Shown: positions 57,932 to 64,000 of the stretch, piece after piece
Layout of the letters: every line of letters starts with the position of its first letter
Position numbering within the stretch: the first letter of the stretch is position 1
Source of the DNA: Desulfovirgula sp.
GTDB lineage: Bacteria > Bacillota > Desulfotomaculia > Desulfotomaculales > Desulfovirgulaceae
DNA: 64,000 nt
Assembly: GCA_020725525.1 (NCBI GenBank)
Contig: DYEX01000155.1
Location: 4,328-68,327 of the forward strand
Reading direction: 5' to 3'
Position numbers and translations under genes: made by a program
The notes under the pieces: model-generated
Seen by the model: the letters and a program-made list of their open reading frames with translations, nothing else
Databases searched by the model: none
What the model was told of the DNA's origin: nothing

Positions 57932-58042
57932 GGCCTAAAGTAAGTGTTCAGTCAACCCGCTTAAGGAACGGCGTTGTCCCGCTCACTCATTTGCTCCGCG
58001 CCGACAGCACCGCTTTACTGAACTTTTACGGCCTAAAGTAAG
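57932..58042. repeat. Hairpin element flanked by 13-bp direct repeats
   Basis: GGCCTAAAGTAAG at 57932-57944 and 58030-58042; inner ends GTTCAGT...ACTGAAC. Confidence 0.65.
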
Positions 58043-58062
58043 CATACTCTCTATTCTTTTGT

Positions 58063-58091
58063 TACCATATGCCGCTGTTTACAGAGGTGTG
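58063..58091 (-). promoter_or_regulatory. sigmaK-like promoter for the YabG-like gene
   Basis: CACA-N16-CATATGGTA. Confidence 0.6.
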
Positions 58092-58104
58092 TATTCCTTT
58101 TCTT

Positions 58105-58134
58105 GAATAAAACGGTGGAAAGAGGAACAAAATA
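58105..58134 (+). promoter_or_regulatory. sigmaG-like promoter for the DUF3243 gene
   Basis: GAATA-N18-CAAAATA. Confidence 0.45.
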
Positions 58135-58174
58135 GAAATAAGCCCTGCCAGTAATCAGGAAAGGAGTGTTAAAA

Positions 58175-58453
58175 TTGGATATTCGCCAGGTAAGCACGGA
58201 CTGGGATAACTGGAAACGTTTTCTCGGCCAGGCGGTGGAATTTGCCGAGGAGCTGGGCATTTCACGGGAGCGCATAGTAAATCTGGCCCAGCAGGCCGGT
58301 CAGGTGCTGGCCGATCACGTACCCCCGGCCAACCCGGAGCAAAAAGTGCTGAAAGAGTTATGGCAGGTGGCCGACCAGCAGGAAAGACAGGTTATCGCCA
58401 ACCTGATGACCAGGCTGGTTTCGGAGCGGCCGGGCGGTTACGGGGCATTTTAA
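58175..58453 (+). CDS. DUF3243 (YmfJ-like) protein
   Basis: DWDNWKRFLGQAV...P.NPEQKVLKELWQVAD..E...IA.L; AAGGAG RBS, TTG start. Confidence 0.85.
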   Translation: MDIRQVSTDWDNWKRFLGQAVEFAEELGISRERIVNLAQQAGQVLADHVPPANPEQKVLKELWQVADQQERQVIANLMTRLVSERPGGYGAF

Positions 58454-58474
58454 AAATAAGACGGTAAGCCTTCA

Positions 58475-58506
58475 AAGGGCGGGACCCTGCGTAGAGCCCC
58501 GCCCTT
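58475..58506. terminator. Convergent terminator hairpin between DUF3243 and Uma2
   Basis: AAGGGCGGG/CCCGCCCTT stem. Confidence 0.55.
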
Positions 58507-58519
58507 CCGGTCTTTTTAC

Positions 58520-59161
58520 TTAGACCAACCCCATCTTTTTTAGACAGTCAATGACCGGGGGAAGGGGTTCCTGCCACAGCCAGTCCACCTGCAGCCAGAA
58601 GCCGGGGAGGATCTCCGAACGATAAATGCCACTGGCGTCGGGGGATATGTTCCGGTAGCGTCCCTTTTCCCCCAGCCGGTAAAACTCCGCCTGCTGGCGG
58701 TCGGGATCGATGAGCCAGTATTCCTTAACGCCTGCGGCCTCGTATTCCACGTACTTTTCCCCCCGGTCACGGGCCAGGCTTTCCGGAGAGGTTATTTCAA
58801 CTATCAGATCGGGAGACCCGTCCATGTACGTTTCCTTTAAAAAGGGCAGCTTTTCGTTGCTCACATAGAGGATATCCGGCTCCCGGCCCCGGCGCAGCAT
58901 TTCGGGCAGGCGCACCAAAAAGGGGGCAGACAATACTTCACCGAGGCTATGCTTACTGACAAATACCTCCAGCAAGAACAAGAGAAATTTATATATCCTC
59001 TGGTGTTTTAAGGCTGCCGGCGTCAATATAACGACCTCCCCATCCACCCACTCCGCCCGGGTATCCTCGTCGCACCAGGCCAAAAACTCCTCAAAGGTGA
59101 TCTTGCCTTCCGGCAGCGGCCTGGTTTCGTAAACCGCTGCCGTTTCCTTGAGCCGGCTCAT
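58520..59161 (-). CDS. Uma2 (PD-(D/E)XK) family endonuclease
   Basis: EWVDGEV, HQRI, REPDILYV, PDLIVEITSPES...DRGEK...YEAAGVKEYWLIDP. Confidence 0.92.
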   Translation of the reverse strand: MSRLKETAAVYETRPLPEGKITFEEFLAWCDEDTRAEWVDGEVVILTPAALKHQRIYKFLLFLLEVFVSKHSLGEVLSAPFLVRLPEMLRRGREPDILYVSNEKLPFLKETYMDGSPDLIVEITSPESLARDRGEKYVEYEAAGVKEYWLIDPDRQQAEFYRLGEKGRYRNISPDASGIYRSEILPGFWLQVDWLWQEPLPPVIDCLKKMGLV

Positions 59162-59228
59162 TATTGTCCCCCCTTTTTACATTACTTAACAAGAACAGCA
59201 CTTCCGGTGAGTGCCGGGTTACCCGCGC

Positions 59229-59299
59229 TTCACAAAATCGTTCGCTCCAGGCAACGCCGTGCCTTTGCCTGGAACTAACAGGACGGTTTTCTGAACATT
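59229..59299. repeat. TGTTCAG-family hairpin element between tldD and Uma2
   Basis: TTCACAAAATCGT ... ACGGTTTTCTGAACATT imperfect terminal IR; inner TCCAGGCA/TGCCTGGA. Confidence 0.55.
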
Positions 59300-59320
59300 T
59301 AGTGCCTGTAACCGCAGGCA

Positions 59321-60739
59321 CTACAGGCGCCGGATCTTGCCGTCGGCCCGGCTGTGGCTTGTGCCGCCCACGATGAGTTCCTTAATGGCCATGGTGGGCT
59401 GGGCATCGCTTACCGGCACCCCCTGCCCGTCCTTGCCGCAGGTGCCGATGGTAAAGCCCAGGTCCCTGCCGATCATCTCCACGATGCGCAGGACTTCGGG
59501 GCCATTGCCCGTTAAAGTAGCACCACGCACCATGGGGCCTATTTCCCCGTCCTGAATCAGGTACCCCTCGGCCACGTCAAAAACAAAATCCCCGGTGGTG
59601 GTATTCACCTGGCCGCCGCCCATTTTCTTCACCAGAAGACCGTTTTTTGTCTCCCTGATGATCTTTTCCGGGTCCATCCTGCCCGGGGCTATGTAGGTAT
59701 TGCCCATGCGGGGGATGGGTTTGTGCTGGTAGGACTCCCGGCGGCCGTGGCCGTTGGATGCTTTCCCTTCCCGCGAAGCGGTGAGCCGGTCGTACATGTA
59801 GTCCGTAAGCTCGCCTTTTTCAATCAGGGTTACTTTCCGGGCCGGCACTCCCTCGTCGTCAAAGCGGTAGGAACCATAATGGCCGGCCATGCCGGCGTCA
59901 TCAATAACGGTAACAATGCCGGCCGCCACCTTTTGCCCCTTTTTGCCGGCATAAACCGAAAGCTTCTTCTGTACCAGATCCGCTTCCAGGCCGTGGCCGC
60001 AGGCTTCGTGAACCATGGTCCCCCCGGCCTCCCCGGCCATCACCACGGGCATTTTACCGGTGGGGGCTGGCTGCGCCTTCAGCATCTCCACGGCCCGCCG
60101 GGCCGCAATTTCCGCCACCGCCTCGGGGCGGTAACGCTCCAGCAGCTCAAAGCCGGTCAGGCCGCCCACGGCCTCGTAACCCGTTTGAATGGTCGGCCCA
60201 TCGGCGGCCACCACCTGCACCATCAGGCGGGTGCGGATGCGCTCGTCTTCCACATATTCACCGGCGCTGTTGGCAATGATCACCTTCTGGACCACGTCCC
60301 CGTAGCCCACCATTACCTGCTTGATTTTCTCCACATCCACGGCCCGGGCGGCCCGGTCGGCGGCCTGGACCGCCTCCACCTTGCGTTCCGGCTTGACCGC
60401 ATCGGGACGCTCTACCACGGGAAAATCCACCAGCGGCCGCACCCGGCGCAGGTCCAGGTGGTAGTCCTTTTTCTCCCCCCGGGAAGCATGACTGACAATG
60501 CGGGCAGCCTCGAGGAGGCCTTCCCTGCTCAGGTCGTTGGTATAGGCATAGGCCGTGGAATCACCGTTAATCACGCGGATGCCGGCACCCATATCTATAC
60601 CCGAATGGACCCGCTCGATCCTGCCGCCTTCAAGGCCGACACCCGTAGCCCGCTTGTGCTCGACAAAAATATCGGCAAAATCTCCCCCGCTGGCCAGGGC
60701 GAGATCCAGAACTTCCTTTAACAACTGTTCATCGACCAA
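59321..60739 (-). CDS. tldD: TldD metalloprotease
   Basis: GTMVHEACGHGLEAD HExxxH, FDDEGVP, PRMGNTYI, GTCGKDGQGVPV. Confidence 0.94.
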   Translation of the reverse strand: MVDEQLLKEVLDLALASGGDFADIFVEHKRATGVGLEGGRIERVHSGIDMGAGIRVINGDSTAYAYTNDLSREGLLEAARIVSHASRGEKKDYHLDLRRVRPLVDFPVVERPDAVKPERKVEAVQAADRAARAVDVEKIKQVMVGYGDVVQKVIIANSAGEYVEDERIRTRLMVQVVAADGPTIQTGYEAVGGLTGFELLERYRPEAVAEIAARRAVEMLKAQPAPTGKMPVVMAGEAGGTMVHEACGHGLEADLVQKKLSVYAGKKGQKVAAGIVTVIDDAGMAGHYGSYRFDDEGVPARKVTLIEKGELTDYMYDRLTASREGKASNGHGRRESYQHKPIPRMGNTYIAPGRMDPEKIIRETKNGLLVKKMGGGQVNTTTGDFVFDVAEGYLIQDGEIGPMVRGATLTGNGPEVLRIVEMIGRDLGFTIGTCGKDGQGVPVSDAQPTMAIKELIVGGTSHSRADGKIRRL

Positions 60740-60784
60740 AAAGAATCACCTCTTGGAGGGATTAATCAATCCATATTAAGTCAT

Positions 60785-60807
60785 ATTGTTAATAAAAATT
60801 TAACAAT
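60785..60807. promoter_or_regulatory. Perfect palindrome upstream of tldD, possible operator
   Basis: ATTGTTAA-N7-TTAACAAT. Confidence 0.35.
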
Positions 60808-60954
60808 CTATACCTGTTTCCTGCTGCCTAAATTAAGCCCATTTCTTTAAGGCAGGCAATGGCGGATGCGGTGCAACCGGGGTTTTAAACCGGGTTTTGC
60901 ATGATTATACCGGTAAGGTTGCCGGCAGGCAAAGGACGTAATTTCTTCCTTCAA

Positions 60955-61686
60955 TTACAGCTCCGGTGCAGGCGCCGGAACAGGCTCCCGGCCGGCCGTC
61001 TCCGCCGCCTGTTCCGGCAATGCAGGAGAAACAGGCGGACGGCCCGAAAAGAAGGGGTTGGGACGGCCCAGGGCCCAGCGTCTGACCTCCTCCAGCTGCA
61101 GGCGCCCGGAGGGAGTCGGCCGGGAGTAGAGCAGCAGCGTCGTACTTGCCGTCACCGTACCATCGGGCAGTGCCGGGGACTGTCCACCCGCATTTTCAGG
61201 CTCGTAACGGGTAATTTGAATATTGCGCAGCTCACTTAAGTTGGGAAGATTTTCCAGATAGTCAATCACCAGCGTCACCTGGGGATACAAACCTCTCAGC
61301 TCTATTTCCACAGGCAAAACCAGCACATATCCCCTGTCCACGATGGCCAGCGGTTTGAATTTCAACACCAGCACCCGGTTTTTTTCCGTCACACGGCTGA
61401 ACTGAACGAGAAACTGGCCGTCCTGCATATCGGTATCGAACCTTTTGTTCAGCTCCAGAAAACGCTTTCTGGCCTTTTCCAGGACCTTTTTTTCCTCTTC
61501 CAGGGAACCGGCCCGGGCGGACAACCGGGAGATGAGGGCCCTGGCTTCGTTCAAATCGGTTTTTGTCTTCTGGTAAGCCTGGATTTGGGGCATGAATACG
61601 AAACGGTAACCGGCATAAATAAAGGCCAGCAACAGTAAAAGAATGAGTATGGTTCTGGTCTTCTTACCCAGGCTGCGTGCCATCAA
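60955..61686 (-). CDS. pilO: Type IV pilus assembly protein PilO
   Basis: N-terminal TM, coiled coil, LPVEIELRGLY...YLENLP; follows pilN. Confidence 0.8.
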   Translation of the reverse strand: MMARSLGKKTRTILILLLLLAFIYAGYRFVFMPQIQAYQKTKTDLNEARALISRLSARAGSLEEEKKVLEKARKRFLELNKRFDTDMQDGQFLVQFSRVTEKNRVLVLKFKPLAIVDRGYVLVLPVEIELRGLYPQVTLVIDYLENLPNLSELRNIQITRYEPENAGGQSPALPDGTVTASTTLLLYSRPTPSGRLQLEEVRRWALGRPNPFFSGRPPVSPALPEQAAETAGREPVPAPAPEL

Positions 61687-62483
61687 CCCCCACCGACCCC
61701 TTTTAGGCGGGCGGAAATACTAAAAGTGGTGACGCCCTTTGTCTCATCGTATTTAATTTCGTTCAGGTCAACCCGGGAGAAATAGGGTAGTTCACACAGG
61801 TGATAAATGAACACCCCCACGGCGGCCAGGGAGGTAGTGTTGCCTTCCAGGGTCAAAGTATCGGGCAGCTGGGGAATGGCATTCCCGTCCTCGCGCCGGA
61901 CCTGGCTGCCTGCCTGCCCCGGCTGCCCGGTTTCCCCGCCCTGGCTTGCCGGCACGGTTGCCGGTGCCCCGGGCTGAGCGGATACCTGCTGGAGTGCATT
62001 ACCTGCTGCCCGACCGGCCTGCTCCATGCTGCTCTGCAGCAGGGAGGGAACGGAACCCGGTTTTTGAGCGGTGGCGGGTCCGGTCACATTCTGGCCTGCT
62101 CCTGAAACATTTCCAGCCGCCTGTAATCGCAGGGCAGTCAGCCAGATTTCCCGGGGGACCACTTTATTGAGGTCCAGCAACATTTTGGACCAGGTGTGCC
62201 TTTGCTGGATCAGGCGTTCCAGTTCACCGGACGCCGCCTCCAGCTCCTGGCGCTGTTTTTTGAGCTCCTCCAGCCGGGCAACCGTTTCCTGGAGTTTGGG
62301 CACCTGCCGCTTGACGGCAGCCAGCTCAATACGCATGTGGTGAAAATTTATACCCCAAAAGACACAGGCAGTAACAAGCCCACCTGCTGTGAGGGTAGCC
62401 AGGGAAATTAACAGCAGGCGTTTCGGTTCCAGGACGGGTCCGGGTTGCAGTTCCGCAGGCAGGAGGTTAACCCGGTAATTCAC
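61683..62483 (-). CDS. pilN: Type IV pilus assembly protein PilN
   Basis: VNLLP, TM, coiled coil, IWLTAL, LPYFSRV. Confidence 0.8.
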   Translation of the reverse strand: MNYRVNLLPAELQPGPVLEPKRLLLISLATLTAGGLVTACVFWGINFHHMRIELAAVKRQVPKLQETVARLEELKKQRQELEAASGELERLIQQRHTWSKMLLDLNKVVPREIWLTALRLQAAGNVSGAGQNVTGPATAQKPGSVPSLLQSSMEQAGRAAGNALQQVSAQPGAPATVPASQGGETGQPGQAGSQVRREDGNAIPQLPDTLTLEGNTTSLAAVGVFIYHLCELPYFSRVDLNEIKYDETKGVTTFSISARLKGVGGG

Positions 62484-63544
62484 TGCAGCACCTCCCGCAA
62501 AGCCAGGCCCACTGCCACGGAAAAGGCCGGGTCCAGCACCCGGGGAGGATTCTTAACATCCCGGAAGGGCAGCCGGGGAAAACCGGCTGCCACCCTTATT
62601 CCCAGCTGGCCGGCCAGATAAGCGGGTAACCCCTTGATTTTGCTGAAGCCGCCGGTAACCACCAGGGTTTCCACCGGGTTGTCCCGCTCCTGCAACTGGT
62701 AAAAGTCCAGGGAGCGGCGGATCTCCCGTACCAGCTCCCCCAAATGTTCGAACTGTGCTTCATCATAACCGGCATATTCACCGGACAGTTCTTCCACGGC
62801 GGCAGCGGCTTCCCCGCCCGGTATTTCCTCACCCCCGGGGGGTGGTGCAGGTTCTGCCGGTGCCGGCTCAAAAACACCCGCGGACAGCAACCTTCCCAAT
62901 TCGACCGGCAAAGAACGCACATAAACCAGTTCCTGTCCTTTTAAAACGATAAACTGACCGGAAGAAAAACCCAGATCCAGCACTGCCCGTACCCCACCAT
63001 CATGAACCGGGTATCCAAAAGAGCCGTGAAAGACCCGCCACAGGGCCAGGTGCTGCAGGTCAATGGCCGTAATCTGCAGGCCGGCCCGGTCGAAGGCCTC
63101 GTAATAACGGTAGACGAGTTCTTTTCTCACGGCCACCAGGAGGACATGAAACAGCCCGCTATCTCCGTTCTGACTTTCCCCAAGCACCACGGGCCGGATT
63201 ACCAGCTCATCGACGGGCAGCGGCACCAGTTTCTCCGCCTCCCATACGACCGCCTGTTCCAGTTCTTTCAGGGGCATTGCCGGCAGGCGCAGCTGCCGGG
63301 TAATCACTCTTTGCCCCCCGATGGCGGTAATTACCTTTCTTCCTGCTCCGGGCGCAGATTTAAAGGCCGCCTTGAGAGCTGCGGCCAGTTCATCAGTCCT
63401 GTCCTCTTCCAGGTGCTCCATGCCGGGGCTCAAGTAACGATGCAGCAGATTGCAGATCACCCTCCGGCGGCGGCAGGAAAGAACCGCAATTTTAATTTCG
63501 CCCACTCCGATGTCAACAGCAGTAAAAGTTTTGCTTCTGAACAT
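62480..63544 (-). CDS. pilM: Type IV pilus assembly protein PilM
   Basis: AVDIG, WEAEKLVP, VLDLG, EIRRSLDFY, VTGGFSKIKGL, AVGLALR. Confidence 0.88.
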   Translation of the reverse strand: MFRSKTFTAVDIGVGEIKIAVLSCRRRRVICNLLHRYLSPGMEHLEEDRTDELAAALKAAFKSAPGAGRKVITAIGGQRVITRQLRLPAMPLKELEQAVVWEAEKLVPLPVDELVIRPVVLGESQNGDSGLFHVLLVAVRKELVYRYYEAFDRAGLQITAIDLQHLALWRVFHGSFGYPVHDGGVRAVLDLGFSSGQFIVLKGQELVYVRSLPVELGRLLSAGVFEPAPAEPAPPPGGEEIPGGEAAAAVEELSGEYAGYDEAQFEHLGELVREIRRSLDFYQLQERDNPVETLVVTGGFSKIKGLPAYLAGQLGIRVAAGFPRLPFRDVKNPPRVLDPAFSVAVGLALREVLQ

Positions 63545-63574
63545 TGGTGACCTTCCATTATTAAATAATCTGGA

Positions 63575-64000
63575 TTAACCTGCCGGAGGCAGAGGAGAAA
63601 CACGCACCCTTCCGGTAACAGGGGCGACAATGACGTAATAACATCTTCGGGTCAACTTTTCACGCAAGGTAACCGTCCCGCCACCGGAAATGGGGATCCC
63701 CCGCAGGTTAAATTTAAGCTCATGGGACGGAAAATTTGTCGAGACCAGATCAAGGTAAACAGGGAGACACTGCTTTTGTCTGGATACATTATTAATCATT
63801 AAATGATAGGCGTCGTTGAAAGGATCAAACTGTATGCTGTAAGTAGCCATGGTATCCCCTGCGGAAAGGGCCTGCTGCTGCCAGCCGCGAATATCCGTGG
63901 CCATCTGGCGGGCGCCGGTGTACAGGGCGTGCTTGCTTAAACCGTTAAGTACGGCGGGCACCGCAATTAAAAGCAGGATGGCACTGATGGCCGTGGAGAC
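63575..64000 (-). CDS. Prepilin/pseudopilin (FimT/ComG-like), 5' end outside window
   Basis: Frame continues to the window edge with hydrophobic VSTAISAILLLIAVP; C-terminal GTVTL...VIVAPVTGRVR typical of minor pilins. Confidence 0.7.
   Translation of the reverse strand, partial: VSTAISAILLLIAVPAVLNGLSKHALYTGARQMATDIRGWQQQALSAGDTMATYSIQFDPFNDAYHLMINNVSRQKQCLPVYLDLVSTNFPSHELKFNLRGIPISGGGTVTLREKLTRRCYYVIVAPVTGRVRVSPLPPAG

Noticed and set aside
1-64000. CRISPR array, tRNA, rRNA, transposase or integrase-bounded prophage
   Set aside because: No regularly spaced repeats, cloverleafs or transposase motifs seen; xerD is the housekeeping recombinase.

Overview
A chromosomal core-genome segment of a spore-forming, probably thermophilic, sulfate-reducer-like Firmicute (Desulfofundulus/Desulfotomaculum-type Peptococcaceae, inferred from gene content). 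Almost all genes lie on the minus strand. In transcription order (right to left): a type IV pilus pseudopilin and pilMNO; tldD ... pmbA split by a Uma2 nuclease and two small sporulation-type genes; aroQ-pepQ-efp-CD1247; a CoA-disulfide reductase-rhodanese; spoIIIAA-AH; then an about 9.6 kb insertion with a LexA-boxed dinB plus YolD-like cassette and a Crp/Fnr-DASS transporter-AprA'B'-Qmo-like-HdrC-like cluster; pycB::accB-accC-asp23-amaP-nusB; nfnAB; xseA-folD-fchA; mnmL-xseB-ispA; an OLE RNA (not visible in the ORF track) followed by oapA-dxs-tlyA-nadK-mnmM-argR-recN; spoIVB-spo0A; steA-steB-GT2-MraY-like; an ATPase plus 2-oxoacid:ferredoxin oxidoreductase operon; peptidase T-like, DUF3866, ComB-like, spoIIM, DUF362 and partial xerD. 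Several sigmaH/E/F/G/K-like promoters, terminators and a small family of intergenic hairpin repeats are visible. No tRNA, rRNA, CRISPR array or transposase was seen. The best candidate for an undescribed system is the self-regulated second APS-reductase-like module (36.7-44.2 kb). All calls come from motif recognition by eye; no database searches were run.
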